A DNA stretch of 64,000 nucleotides, from positions 87,484 to 151,483 of the forward strand of contig NZ_CABQHE010000002.1 of NCBI RefSeq assembly GCF_902463925.1, given 5' to 3'. Positions 39,043 through 49,561 of this stretch are shown piece after piece. The stretch comes from an uncultured Streptococcus sp. Lineage in GTDB: Bacteria; Bacillota; Bacilli; Lactobacillales; Streptococcaceae. Position 1 is the first letter of the stretch; every line of letters begins with the position of its first letter. A program made the translations under genes and the position numbers. Below the pieces are notes generated by a model. It saw only the letters and a program-made list of their open reading frames with translations. It was not told where the DNA came from and did no database searches.

Positions 39043-39367
39043 TTGAACCTCCTTATCGCTTAATTTGTCATTCCATTATAAGGTTTGAATGGTGGTTTTT
39101 CAATAGCTTTGGCGACTAAAATAGGACTTTCTATGAGATTTTTCTTCTGCTTAATGATAGAGGTCAGGAAAATGGAGGTCTTGCCTTTTGCCTTGCTATT
39201 GATAGAGGCAAATGCTACAATTAAATTATAAAATGTATGCGTTTACATATTTTTACGTTCTCTTTCTCAAAAAAACTTGAACTCCTTTGTTTATAGGGAA
39301 AGAGCAATCACAGAAGGAAGCCAATGTAAGTGCAAATAGTTGATACCTTTGAAAAGGAGGCAATCCC

Positions 39368-40357
39368 ATGAAAAAAATTATCAATAAACCTGAAAATGTT
39401 GTGACAGAGATGCTAGATGGCTTGGCTTATGTTCACAGTGATTTGGTGCATCGTGTTGAAGGTTTTGACATCATCGCAAGAAATGAGCAGGTTGCTGGTC
39501 AGGTTGGTCTCATTTCTGGTGGCGGAAGTGGTCACGAGCCAGCTCATGCTGGTTTTGTAGGTGATGGTATGCTTTCGGCAGCCATTGCAGGTGCTGTCTT
39601 CACGTCACCAACGCCTGATCAAATTTTGGAAGCCATCAAGGAAGCGGACCAAGGTGCTGGTGTCTTCATGGTTGTTAAAAATTACTCTGGCGATATCATG
39701 AATTTCGAGATGGCTCAAGAATTGGCTGAAATGGAAGGCATCGAGGTTGCTAGCGTTGTTGTTGACGACGATATTGCTGTGGAAAATAGCCTCTATACAC
39801 AAGGTCGTCGCGGGGTTGCTGGTACTATTTTTGTTCACAAAATCCTAGGTCATGCGGCTCGTGAAGGTAAGTCTCTGGCTGAAATCAAAGATTTGGCTGA
39901 CAAGATTGTTCCTAATATCCACACCATTGGTTTGGCCCTTAGCGGTGCGACGGTTCCTGAGGTTGGTAAGCCTGGTTTTGTCCTAGCTGAGGATGAAATT
40001 GAATATGGTATTGGTATTCATGGTGAGCCAGGTTATCGTAAGGAGTCTATGCAGCCATCTCGCCAGTTAGCTGAAGAATTGACAGGGAAACTCCTTGAAG
40101 CCTTTGAGGCTAAGGAGGGTGAACGCTATGCCCTTCTCATCAATGGTATGGGTGCGACACCTCTTATGGAGCAATATGTCTTTGCTAATGATGTAGCAAG
40201 CATTCTTGGAGATGCTGGACTAGATGTAGCCTTTAAAAAATTAGGTAATTACATGACATCGATTGATATGGTAGGTCTTTCATTGACGCTCATGAAGATT
40301 GAAGATGACGCTTGGCTTGAAGCTCTGGAGAGTCCTGTTAAGACCATTGCTTGGTAG
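39368..40357 (+). CDS. dhaK: dihydroxyacetone kinase, DhaK subunit
   Basis: 329 aa. GGGSGHEPAH…motif of Dha-binding subunits. GGAGG RBS. Confidence 0.9.
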   Translation: MKKIINKPENVVTEMLDGLAYVHSDLVHRVEGFDIIARNEQVAGQVGLISGGGSGHEPAHAGFVGDGMLSAAIAGAVFTSPTPDQILEAIKEADQGAGVFMVVKNYSGDIMNFEMAQELAEMEGIEVASVVVDDDIAVENSLYTQGRRGVAGTIFVHKILGHAAREGKSLAEIKDLADKIVPNIHTIGLALSGATVPEVGKPGFVLAEDEIEYGIGIHGEPGYRKESMQPSRQLAEELTGKLLEAFEAKEGERYALLINGMGATPLMEQYVFANDVASILGDAGLDVAFKKLGNYMTSIDMVGLSLTLMKIEDDAWLEALESPVKTIAW

Positions 40358-40388
40358 TCTGACATGAAAACTAGAAATTAGGTATATT

Positions 40389-40964
40389 ATGGATAAAACA
40401 GTTGCAGTAAAATGGATGCAAGGCTTTGATCAAAGGGTTGAAGCAGAAAAAGACCACTTGTCTGAATTAGACGGTCCTATTGGCGATGGTGATCATGGTG
40501 CTAACTTGGCGCGTGGTATGGCGGCAGCCATTGAGGCTATTAACACTACTGAACCACAAAGTGCAGCCGAAGTTTTTAAGGCAGTGTCTATGGCCTTGAT
40601 TAGTAAGGTTGGTGGTGCTTCAGGTCCTCTTTATGGGTCTGCCTTTATGGGTATGATGAAGGCTGAACAAGCTGGTCAAGATTTGACAGGAGTGCTTGAG
40701 GCAGGACTCGAGATGATTAAAAAACGAGGCCATGCACAAGTTGGTGAAAAGACCATGGTGGATGTTTGGCATCCAGTTGTTGAAGCTGTCAAACAAGGTC
40801 AACTCACCAATGATGTCATTGATCAAGCTGTTCTTTCAACCAAGGAAGTTGCGGCTACCAAGGGGCGTGCCTCTTATGTAGGTGAGCGTTCTATTGGTCA
40901 CATTGATCCAGGTTCTTATTCATCTGGTCTACTCTTCAAAGCCTTGATAGAAGCGGAGGGCTAG
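40389..40964 (+). CDS. dhaL: dihydroxyacetone kinase, ADP-binding DhaL subunit
   Basis: 191 aa. DGDHG…GASGPLYG motifs of DhaL. Confidence 0.9.
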   Translation: MDKTVAVKWMQGFDQRVEAEKDHLSELDGPIGDGDHGANLARGMAAAIEAINTTEPQSAAEVFKAVSMALISKVGGASGPLYGSAFMGMMKAEQAGQDLTGVLEAGLEMIKKRGHAQVGEKTMVDVWHPVVEAVKQGQLTNDVIDQAVLSTKEVAATKGRASYVGERSIGHIDPGSYSSGLLFKALIEAEG

Positions 40965-40967
40965 GAT

Positions 40968-41342
40968 ATGCCAGAACTTGGAATTGTTATTGTGTCCCAC
41001 TCTGCGGATATTGCTAAAGGTTTGGTGAGTCTGATTCGTGAAGTCGCTCCAGATATCCCTTTGACGGCTACAGGTGGTCTGGAAGATGGTGGCTTGGGAT
41101 CTAGCTTTGACCATGTGCAAGTGGCTGTGGATAGTCAGCCAGCCAACCGACTCTTGGCCTTTTACGACCTAGGCAGTGCTCGTATGAACTTGGAAATGCT
41201 TGAGGAATTTTCAGATAAGGATATTCTCATTCAACATGTCCCCCTTATTGAGGGGGCCTATGCGGCTGCAGCCTTGCTTCAGGCAGGAGCGAGTGAAGTT
41301 GAAATCTTATCTCAGATTAATGAATTGATTATTCAAAAATAG
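40968..41342 (+). CDS. dhaM: PTS-dependent dihydroxyacetone kinase phosphotransferase subunit DhaM (EIIA-Man-like)
   Basis: 124 aa. IVIVSHS active-site histidine context. Immediately follows dhaKL. Confidence 0.85.
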   Translation: MPELGIVIVSHSADIAKGLVSLIREVAPDIPLTATGGLEDGGLGSSFDHVQVAVDSQPANRLLAFYDLGSARMNLEMLEEFSDKDILIQHVPLIEGAYAAAALLQAGASEVEILSQINELIIQK

Positions 41343-41356
41343 AATAAAGGAAAACT

Positions 41357-42340
41357 ATGACAAAGCAAATTAAGTACAACTGGGCTAGTCTTGGAACTGG
41401 CGTTATTGCTAATGAATTGGCACAAGCTTTGGAGGCCCTAGGTGGTAAACTCTATTCCGTTGCCAATCGTACCTATGACAAGGGGGTAACCTTCGCTGAA
41501 AAATATGGCATTGAAAAGGTTTATGAGGAGATTGACCAAGTTTTTGAAGATCCTGAAGTGGATATTATCTATATCTCAACGCCTCACAATACGCATATTA
41601 ATTACCTTCGCAAGGCCTTAGCAGCTGGCAAGCACGTCCTCTGTGAAAAATCTATCACCCTAAATAGTGAGGAATTGTCAGAAGCTATTCAACTCGCCGA
41701 AGAAAACCATGTTAAACTGGCAGAAGCCATGACCATTTTCCATATGCCTATCTATCGAAAACTCTCTGAAATCGTGGAAAGTGGTAAGTTAGGCCCACTT
41801 AAGGTTATCCAGATGAACTTCGGTTCTTATAAAGAATATGACATGACCAACCGCTTTTTTAATCGTAACTTGGCTGGTGGAGCTTTACTTGATATCGGAG
41901 TTTATGCCCTTTCCTTTGTACGTTGGTTCATGACGTCGCAACCGACAGAGATGGTTTCACAGGTTAAATTAGCTCCAACTGGTGTTGATGAACAAGCGGG
42001 TATTCTTCTTACCAATGCAGAAGGGGAAATGGCAACGGTGACGCTAAGTCTTCATGCTAAACAACCAAAACGTGGCACTATCGCTTATGACAAGGGCTAT
42101 ATCGAACTCTACGAATACCCACGTGGGCAAAAAGCGGTCATCACCTATACGGAAGATGGCTCACAAGAAGTCATCGAAGCAGGAGAAACTGCCAAAGCCC
42201 TCCAGTATGAGGTCCTAGACATGGAAGCAGCCGTCTCAGGTCAAGAAAATCATCTTTATCTCAACTATAGTCGAGATGTCATGGAGCTCATGACCCAACT
42301 CCGCAAAGACTGGGGCTTGGTCTACCCAGAAGAAGAATAG
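41357..42340 (+). CDS. Gfo/Idh/MocA family NAD(P)-dependent oxidoreductase
   Basis: 327 aa. N-terminal Rossmann fold (LGTGVIAN…), EKS(P) catalytic-region motif (LCEKSIT). Confidence 0.82.
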   Translation: MTKQIKYNWASLGTGVIANELAQALEALGGKLYSVANRTYDKGVTFAEKYGIEKVYEEIDQVFEDPEVDIIYISTPHNTHINYLRKALAAGKHVLCEKSITLNSEELSEAIQLAEENHVKLAEAMTIFHMPIYRKLSEIVESGKLGPLKVIQMNFGSYKEYDMTNRFFNRNLAGGALLDIGVYALSFVRWFMTSQPTEMVSQVKLAPTGVDEQAGILLTNAEGEMATVTLSLHAKQPKRGTIAYDKGYIELYEYPRGQKAVITYTEDGSQEVIEAGETAKALQYEVLDMEAAVSGQENHLYLNYSRDVMELMTQLRKDWGLVYPEEE

Positions 42341-42357
42341 TAGCTTACCGATTCACT

Positions 42358-42390
42358 CAAAAAGACTCAGTTTTTGCTGAGTCTTATTAA
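42358..42390. terminator. bidirectional rho-independent terminator
   Basis: AAAAAGACTCAG-ttttt-GCTGAGTCTT with A/T runs on both sides, between convergent genes. Confidence 0.6.
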
Positions 42391-42391
42391 T

Positions 42392-43585
42392 TTATTTAAA
42401 ACTAAACCCCTCATAAACGAGCTCAGCCTTTGGATTGTTTGCCGTAAAGGTTTTAGAAAATGCTTCCATCATTTTCACTGGACCACACATAAAGACAGTT
42501 GTGTCATCAGTGAGAGGATAGTCAGTAAAGTCCAGATAACCATCTACTTGACTATTGATAGTGTGAAGTTTGAAATTTCTATTTTTTGCAGCATATGCAG
42601 TTAACATCTCCTGATAGACAGCATTATGCTCACCTGTATAGGCGTAGTAGAAGTCGACATTCTTATCAAGGACTGGATTTTCACGGATATAGGAAATGAA
42701 AGGGGTGATGCCGATACCACCTGCAATCCAAATTTGCTTGTCACGACCTTGATTTAGCAACATATGACCATAGGCACGGTCGATTGCTACAGGACTTCCG
42801 ACTCTGAGCTCCTTGTAGATTTGTTTGGTATGATCACCTGAAGCCTTAACGGTAAAATAGATAATATTGTCATGTCCACCTGATATAGAGAAAGGGTGAG
42901 GTGCCTTCTCAAAACCATCTTGAAGTATCTTAATAAAGGCAAATTGACCAAACTGATAATCCATTGGACGTGTTAACCTAATGGCTATTTCCGTTGTATC
43001 ATGGTTTATACGTTTTAAGCCCACAATTTTCCCACGATTTTTAAAACCAATAATTTGGTAAAGGAAGATGATATAAAATCCTGAGCTTAAACCAAGAATA
43101 GCGAAGCCCCCAACTATCAAGGATAAGAGACTTGGCTTAGTTAATACTTGTCCCAAAATCAAGTAGACATGGAAGAGACCAAAGATATAGGCTAAGTAAA
43201 CCAAACGATGAAGCCACCGCCAAGTTTCATATTTGAGACTTTTACCAAGAAAGGCCAGAACCACAATAGCCAAGAAAGTATAAATACCAAGGTTTCCTAG
43301 CTGACCAGCCAGACGGGAACCCCATAGACTCCCCATACCGATGTTGTGGAAAACTAGAAGAACAACTGATAAGATGGCAAGAAATTTGTGGACAGCGTAC
43401 ATTTTTTCAATTCCGTTAAAGAGTTTTTCTAAAATTCGTAATCGAGTTGTCAACATAAAAGTCCATGATAAGGTTGTTAAAGCTAGACCAGGAGCGACGA
43501 AGTTTGTCATGCCCCTTGCTAGCCAGGCGTAGACCGTCAGAACAATACTTACGGTTAGTAGGAGAATTCCTTTATATGATTTCAT
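42392..43585 (-). CDS. NOX-like ferric-reductase-domain flavocytochrome (6-TM haem domain plus FAD/NAD(P)H-binding dehydrogenase domain)
   Basis: 397 aa. N-terminal about 6 TM helices with paired histidines. HPFSISGG FAD-binding motif and a C-terminal NAD-binding fold. Same architecture and size as the bacterial NADPH-oxidase homologue described for S. pneumoniae. Confidence 0.72.
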   Translation of the reverse strand: MKSYKGILLLTVSIVLTVYAWLARGMTNFVAPGLALTTLSWTFMLTTRLRILEKLFNGIEKMYAVHKFLAILSVVLLVFHNIGMGSLWGSRLAGQLGNLGIYTFLAIVVLAFLGKSLKYETWRWLHRLVYLAYIFGLFHVYLILGQVLTKPSLLSLIVGGFAILGLSSGFYIIFLYQIIGFKNRGKIVGLKRINHDTTEIAIRLTRPMDYQFGQFAFIKILQDGFEKAPHPFSISGGHDNIIYFTVKASGDHTKQIYKELRVGSPVAIDRAYGHMLLNQGRDKQIWIAGGIGITPFISYIRENPVLDKNVDFYYAYTGEHNAVYQEMLTAYAAKNRNFKLHTINSQVDGYLDFTDYPLTDDTTVFMCGPVKMMEAFSKTFTANNPKAELVYEGFSFK

Positions 43586-43834
43586 GTAACCTTCTTTCCA
43601 TTATTACCAATTGGTTGTAACTGATGTCGTTACATTTTATCTTATAATAGATTTCCTGTCAAAAATAATTAATTTTTTGAAAAAAAGCTGATAGTGATAT
43701 AGTAATCAAGGTATCCAATACTTTTGAAAAGGCAAAATGATTGTCAAGAAACGTTGATTTAATAGTCGATTATCTTGTGAAGGCGTTTCGAAAAGTGTAT
43801 ACTATAAGTAGAAGATAGGAAGAGGAGATACTTA

Positions 43835-44179
43835 GTGGCTAGTATTACAATAGAAGCTAGTAAGGTGGCTAGAAAGAGTCCCATTCGAGTAGACACTAGT
43901 CTTGTCGGGACGGTTTCAGGTGTGGAAGCAGTGACTGTTTCCCTACCGTCATCAAAAGCCCGTTTGCGTGTTGGTAAATTGGGTTACAAGTCCAATACTA
44001 TTACTGTGGAGGATGGACAAACCGTTCGGGTTACTAGCAATTTTCTAAATCGTTTCATAGCGATAGCTCCATTGCTTCTCTACCTTTTTGAAGGTCGTTA
44101 CCTCCCACTTGTTGCTGTCCTATCTACTATAATTTTGCTTTTTAGCTTACCTTTTCTCAAGTTAGAAATCGTAGGCTGA
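43835..44179 (+). CDS. hypothetical small membrane protein (114 aa, GTG start)
   Basis: Own TTGTGA-N17-TATACT promoter and GAAGAGGAGA RBS. C-terminal half is hydrophobic. No family recognised. Confidence 0.4.
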   Translation: MASITIEASKVARKSPIRVDTSLVGTVSGVEAVTVSLPSSKARLRVGKLGYKSNTITVEDGQTVRVTSNFLNRFIAIAPLLLYLFEGRYLPLVAVLSTIILLFSLPFLKLEIVG

Positions 44180-44399
44180 TTAGAATCGGGAGTGGCTTAG
44201 CCCTCTGTTTGATATCTTTAACTCATTTTTTCATAATAATGCTAGGCCACTCCCTTTTTATTAGGAACGGGTTGAGACGAAAAATTAGTTATCAAAAAGG
44301 TAACTCGATAGAGTTTCCCTTTTTTCTTTACCCAACTAAATGCAATTCTAAAAGACCTCAGTTGCTAAAACTGAGGTCTTTGAAGTTTCTAGTGATTTA

Positions 44400-45884
44400 T
44401 TACTTACGATACAATTTGTCGTATTGATAGTAAGGGTCGAAGGTCACATTGATACCAAGTTTACGGAGAACATTTTTGTCTTCATCAGTAAGAATGATTG
44501 TCGAGTGAGCTTCAGAACCCTTAAGGTTACCAAGTTCCTCCATGGCACGCGCCGCATCCGCATTGTTGGCAGCTGTGATGGCCAAGGCAATGAGGATTTC
44601 GTTGGAGTGGAGACGAGGATTACGACTCCCCAGATGGTCAACTTTCAGTCCTTGGATTGGTTTAACTACCTCAGGCTCGATGAGTTTCGTTTTCTTAGTA
44701 ATGCCTGCAGAAGTCTTGATAGCGTTGATCAAAGCAGCAGCAGTTGGACCAAAGAGTTCTGAATTTTTACCAGTGACGATTTGGCCATTTGGCAATTCGA
44801 GGGCAAGAGCAGAACCACCTGTTTCTTCAGCCTTAGCACGTGCTGCAACGACCACTTGACGATCTTCAGGTGTGATACCAAGATCGTTCATTAGCAATTC
44901 AATCTTCTTGACAGCAGTCTCAGGAACACGTTCATTTTTGAAATCAAGTACAGTTTGATAGTAGCGACGGATGATTTCTTGTTTAGAAGCTTCTTTGGCA
45001 GCCTCATCATCTGTAATGGCAAAACCAACCATGTTAACACCCATATCTGTAGGTGAAGCGTAAGGTGACTCACCAAGAATGCGTTCAAGCATACGTTTAA
45101 GGACTGGGAAAATCTCGATGTCACGGTTGTAGTTTACTGTAGTTTTGCCATAAGTTTCCAAGTGGAATGGGTCGATCATATTGACATCATCAAGGTCCGC
45201 AGTAGCAGCCTCATAGGCCAAGTTGACTGGATGATGAAGTGGCAAATTCCAAACTGGGAAGGTTTCAAATTTAGCATAACCTGACTTGATACCATTGATT
45301 TGGTCGTGGTACATGTTAGACATACATGTCGCCAATTTACCAGAACCAGGACCAGGAGCAGTAACGACGATAAGGTTACGGCTAGTCTTGATATAGTCGT
45401 TTTTCCCCATACCTTCAGGAGAAATGATATGGTTCATATCCGTTGGATAGCCCTTGATAGGGTAGTGGATGTAAGATGTGATACCATTTTTTTCCAGTTG
45501 GTTACGGAAGGCATCAGCCGCAGGTTGACCTGAATACTGCGTAATAACAACAGAACCTACGTAGATATTGAGCTCGTTGAATTTATCAATCAGACGAAGG
45601 ACCTCTTGATCGTAGGAAATGCCAAGGTCACCACGAGCCTTAGAGTGCTCGATATTGCTAGCATTGATGGCGATGACCACTTCGACTTGATCTTTGAGCT
45701 CTTGAAGGAGCTTGATTTTATTGTCAGGTTCATAACCAGGAAGGACGCGGGCAGCGTGGAAATCTTCCAACATCTTTCCACCAAACTCCAAGTAGAGCTT
45801 ACCGTCAAACTGGTTAATACGCTCCAAAATATGGTTGCGTTGCAGATTCAAATACTGTTCAGAACTAAAAGCTTGTTTCTTCAT
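44400..45884 (-). CDS. UPF0371 / DUF1846 family protein
   Basis: 494 aa. Length and sequence character of the conserved streptococcal UPF0371 protein. Bidirectional terminator hairpin (AGACCTCAGTT…AACTGAGGTCT) just downstream. Confidence 0.8.
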   Translation of the reverse strand: MKKQAFSSEQYLNLQRNHILERINQFDGKLYLEFGGKMLEDFHAARVLPGYEPDNKIKLLQELKDQVEVVIAINASNIEHSKARGDLGISYDQEVLRLIDKFNELNIYVGSVVITQYSGQPAADAFRNQLEKNGITSYIHYPIKGYPTDMNHIISPEGMGKNDYIKTSRNLIVVTAPGPGSGKLATCMSNMYHDQINGIKSGYAKFETFPVWNLPLHHPVNLAYEAATADLDDVNMIDPFHLETYGKTTVNYNRDIEIFPVLKRMLERILGESPYASPTDMGVNMVGFAITDDEAAKEASKQEIIRRYYQTVLDFKNERVPETAVKKIELLMNDLGITPEDRQVVVAARAKAEETGGSALALELPNGQIVTGKNSELFGPTAAALINAIKTSAGITKKTKLIEPEVVKPIQGLKVDHLGSRNPRLHSNEILIALAITAANNADAARAMEELGNLKGSEAHSTIILTDEDKNVLRKLGINVTFDPYYQYDKLYRK

Positions 45885-46192
45885 AAATAAAAATACCTCT
45901 GAAAAAAATTATATCAAATGCCGAAGGTAAATGCTATTAGCGACGGACGATTTATTGGAGAAAAAGAGGTGACAGTCAATCATGAAACGTATTTTTTATG
46001 ATAGTCCTTTAGAGTTATTATTTAATTGGAGTTCTCATCTCAGCAGTTAGATTTTTAGATAATAATCACTTTAGAATATTTAATTTCATAAAGGTTTCAC
46101 ATTTGTCGTCTATAATTAGGATAAGAAAAATGAAAGAGTCCTCATTTATCTTTGGTGTAGCTGAGGGCCAATGTCTTAAATGGAGGTGGAAG

Positions 46193-47452
46193 ATGGTTCT
46201 CTTACAACAGGCAACTGCTTATATTTTTCGCAAAAAAACGCGGAATTTTATCCTTTTTCTTATTTTATTTTTGATATTATCTTGCTTGTATTTTTGTTTC
46301 TCTCTTATGCAAGTTGGTGGAGGAATGGAGGCACAAATCAGGAAGTCAAGTGGGGCAAGTTTTGATCTGGTAAGTAAAGAAAGAGGCAGTGCCTTTTCCT
46401 GGAAAGAGGGGGAAAAGATTAGTCATCTATCTGATGTTATTTCAACGATACCTCAATATGTAAGTCCGGTGCGGCTTATCGATAAGAAGGTAGTTACAGG
46501 AAAACAAACGGTGGAACGTGATGATCTTGATAATGAGGCTAATCAAGCCTTGGGAGCTACTTTTACTAAGGAAACAGGCCAAAGTGTTGATTTTAGGAGT
46601 GGTGCTTTTAAACTCCTTAAGGGGAAGCACATATCTGGTAAGGGGCAAATTATGATTCATGAATCGCTTGCTAGGAAAAATAAGCTAAGCGTCGGAGATA
46701 AGCTGACCTTGTCCAATTTCCAGATGACTGAAAGTGGAGCTAGGGAAATGACCTTTAATATCGTTGGCATTTTTTCTGGCAAGAAGGAGGAGACATTTAC
46801 TGGAATGTCCTCAGATTTAAGTGAAAATCAAATCTTCCTCCATTATGACGATGGTAGCCAACTGCTTAATTTGACTGATAAGTTAGTGACAAAATTATCC
46901 TTTGGTATTAAGAATCCAGATAGAATCAATCAAGTCATTAAACAAGTGGAACAATTGAATATCGATTGGAATCGTCTACGTTTAGACGAGGACCATAGGG
47001 CTTTTGACTCCTTGAAGGAATCGTCTAAAGCGTTACAAGGAATCGTCAGAACGATGATGATTAGTTTAATTGTTACAGGAGCAGGGATCCTCTCATTTTT
47101 AATGGCACTATGGACGCGTGAGCGAAACCATGAGATAGGCATTCTTTTAGCAATTGGGAAGAGCAAGGGACGCATTTTTGCTCAATTTCTTATGGAGATA
47201 TTGTTGGTGTCCCTTATGTCTTTGCTACCTGCCCTTGCTATTGGACGGCTACTAAGTCGACTGTTTTTGGAAGAATTTATAGGACAGCAAGGACAGCAGC
47301 AGGCTCTTCAGTTATTAGATCAAATTCCTCAGGGACTACCTTTAGGCCAATCTTATCTAAGTCTTCTAGTCTTGGTAATATTATCGCTCGGTGTGACAAC
47401 AGGTCTCATTTGGCGCAAAACTCCAAAAGAAATCTTATCTAATATGAGTTAA
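46193..47452 (+). CDS. ABC transporter permease, FtsX-like (Vex1-like)
   Basis: N-terminal TM, large extracytoplasmic loop, C-terminal 3 TM. GGAGGTGG RBS before the ATG at 46193 (the ORF is open from 46103). Gene order permease-ATPase-permease-RR-HK matches pneumococcal vex123-vncRS. Confidence 0.78.
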   Translation: MVLLQQATAYIFRKKTRNFILFLILFLILSCLYFCFSLMQVGGGMEAQIRKSSGASFDLVSKERGSAFSWKEGEKISHLSDVISTIPQYVSPVRLIDKKVVTGKQTVERDDLDNEANQALGATFTKETGQSVDFRSGAFKLLKGKHISGKGQIMIHESLARKNKLSVGDKLTLSNFQMTESGAREMTFNIVGIFSGKKEETFTGMSSDLSENQIFLHYDDGSQLLNLTDKLVTKLSFGIKNPDRINQVIKQVEQLNIDWNRLRLDEDHRAFDSLKESSKALQGIVRTMMISLIVTGAGILSFLMALWTRERNHEIGILLAIGKSKGRIFAQFLMEILLVSLMSLLPALAIGRLLSRLFLEEFIGQQGQQQALQLLDQIPQGLPLGQSYLSLLVLVILSLGVTTGLIWRKTPKEILSNMS

Positions 47453-47467
47453 GGAGAAAGGAACACT

Positions 47468-48100
47468 ATGTTAGAACTCAAAAATGTTACGTATAGTTAT
47501 CAAAATAAAAGTGAAGCTATCCTCTCGAAGGTGAATTATCGTTTCGAGAAAGGTAAATTTTATAGTATTATTGGGCAATCTGGAGCGGGAAAATCGACCT
47601 TACTTTCCCTTTTGGCAGGTCTTGATTATCCCAAAAAGGGGCAGGTCCTGTTTAATGGAGAAAATATCAAGAAAAAAGGCTCTAGTTATCATCGTAGACA
47701 CCATGTTGCGCTTGTTTTTCAAAATTACAATCTCATTGATTATCTTACACCTTTAGAAAATGTACGACTTGTTAATAAAAATGCCGATAGGAAGATACTT
47801 TCTGAATTGGGATTAGATGAAAAACAAATTAATCGAAATGTCCTACAACTTTCAGGTGGACAACAACAACGTGTAGCTATTGCGCGGGCTTTGGTTTCAG
47901 AGGCTCCAATTATCTTAGCAGATGAACCAACAGGAAATCTAGACGAGGAAACTGCGAAGGATATTATTGCTATCCTTAAAAGAATGGCCTTAGATCGCCA
48001 AAAATGTGTCATAGTTGTTACGCACAGTAAGGAAGTTGCTCAGGCATCTGATGTGATTTTAGAGTTGAAGAAGAAACAACTCATAGAAAAGAAAAAATAA
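47468..48100 (+). CDS. ABC transporter ATP-binding protein (Vex2-like)
   Basis: 210 aa. Walker [18 protein letters not shown] signature, ILADEPT Walker B. Confidence 0.9.
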   Translation: MLELKNVTYSYQNKSEAILSKVNYRFEKGKFYSIIGQSGAGKSTLLSLLAGLDYPKKGQVLFNGENIKKKGSSYHRRHHVALVFQNYNLIDYLTPLENVRLVNKNADRKILSELGLDEKQINRNVLQLSGGQQQRVAIARALVSEAPIILADEPTGNLDEETAKDIIAILKRMALDRQKCVIVVTHSKEVAQASDVILELKKKQLIEKKK

Positions 48101-48113
48101 AGGAAGGACTCTT

Positions 48114-49490
48114 ATGTTTCGAAACGCTTTTGCATATATTACACGAAAATGGTCAAAGTCACTATTACTGTTAATTATTATTCTTTTAATGAGTACTTTT
48201 AGTTTGTTAGGACTTGCTATGCGAAGTGCAACCCAAGAAGCTGCATCCAAGAGTCTAGGGTCAATTACCAATAGTTTTTCAATGCAGATTAATCGTAACA
48301 CGAATCCTGGAACTCCTCGAGGGGCTGGAAATCTTAAGGGAGAAGATATTAAAAAGATTAGTGAGACTAAAGGGATTGTTTCGACTATAAAACGGATAAA
48401 TGGTATTGGTGATTTACTAGGTTATGAGATTATCGAAACAGAGCAAACGCTACAGAATCAGTCGCCAGAACGTGCTAAAAATTTTAAGTCTACCTTGATG
48501 TTGACAGGAGTCAATGACTCATCAAAAGAAGACAAATTTGTTTCAGGTGCTTATAAACTAGTTGAAGGAGAACATCTAACCGATAAGGATCATAATCAAA
48601 TCTTGATGCACGAAGGTTTAGCTAAAAAGAATGGTCTTAAAGTAGGAGATAAAGTAAAGCTTAAATCTAATCTCTATGATGCTGATAACGAAAAAAAGGC
48701 TGATGAAACAGTAGAAGTGACTATCAAAGGTTTATTTTCTGGTCAAAATAAAGCAGCCGTTACCTATGCTCAGGAGTTGTATGAAAACACCCTCATCACT
48801 GATCTAGACACAGTAGCAAAACTCTATGGTAATACTGTAGAAACTGCCACTTATGAGGATGCTACTTTCTTTGCTAAAGGCGATCAAAATCTTGATTCCT
48901 TGATAGCAAAGATTAAAAAGTTGAATATTAACTGGTCCCTCTACGATCTTGTTAAGAGCTCGTCAAACTACCCTGCTTTACAGAAATCTATTCTTGGGAT
49001 GTATCGTGTGGCAAACCGTATGTTTATTGGAAGTCTCATTTTTACAAGTTTATTGCTAACCCTTCTGTTAATTTTATGGTTAAATGCTCGTCGTAGAGAA
49101 GTTGGTATCTTTTTGGCCTTGGGACTTAAAAAGACACAGATTGCGGGTCAATTTTTAATAGAATTGCTGATGATTGCCTTACCAGCCTTTCTTTTGTCAT
49201 ATGGTTTAGCTAGTTTCTTTGCCGAAAAAGTTGGTAATACAGTCCTTTCCAATGTAACAGAGGGTATCAATAAGCAAATGACCAAAGAATCTCTAGCTGC
49301 AAATCTTGGTGGAGGGGCTGAGGCAGAAAGCTTCAGTAAGACTCTAACTCAGATTCACATGACAGTCCAACCTAAGCAACTTTTGGTAGTCATTCTAGTC
49401 GGTGGATTTATTTTAAGCTTAGTATCTTTGATTTCTTCTCGCTGGCTTCTTCACAAGAAACCCAAGGACCTTTTAGTTGATGTTGAATGA
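48114..49490 (+). CDS. ABC transporter permease, FtsX-like (Vex3-like)
   Basis: 458 aa. Same topology as the first permease. N-terminus MFRNAFAYITRKWSKS parallels the first permease. Confidence 0.85.
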   Translation: MFRNAFAYITRKWSKSLLLLIIILLMSTFSLLGLAMRSATQEAASKSLGSITNSFSMQINRNTNPGTPRGAGNLKGEDIKKISETKGIVSTIKRINGIGDLLGYEIIETEQTLQNQSPERAKNFKSTLMLTGVNDSSKEDKFVSGAYKLVEGEHLTDKDHNQILMHEGLAKKNGLKVGDKVKLKSNLYDADNEKKADETVEVTIKGLFSGQNKAAVTYAQELYENTLITDLDTVAKLYGNTVETATYEDATFFAKGDQNLDSLIAKIKKLNINWSLYDLVKSSSNYPALQKSILGMYRVANRMFIGSLIFTSLLLTLLLILWLNARRREVGIFLALGLKKTQIAGQFLIELLMIALPAFLLSYGLASFFAEKVGNTVLSNVTEGINKQMTKESLAANLGGGAEAESFSKTLTQIHMTVQPKQLLVVILVGGFILSLVSLISSRWLLHKKPKDLLVDVE

Positions 49491-49561
49491 TAAGTTTGCT
49501 GCATCTATAAAAAACGGTATAATGGAAGAAAGAGACCATATATAGATTAAAAGGATAATGC

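Noticed and set aside
43835-44180. Possible RNase P RNA or other structured RNA (a segment ACCGTTCGGGTTACTAGC vaguely resembles the Bacillus-type P RNA 5' region)
   Set aside because: No GGAAAGTCC-type P4 motif or other universal RNase P elements on either strand. The region has its own promoter immediately followed by an RBS and an ORF, so a small protein gene is the simpler reading.
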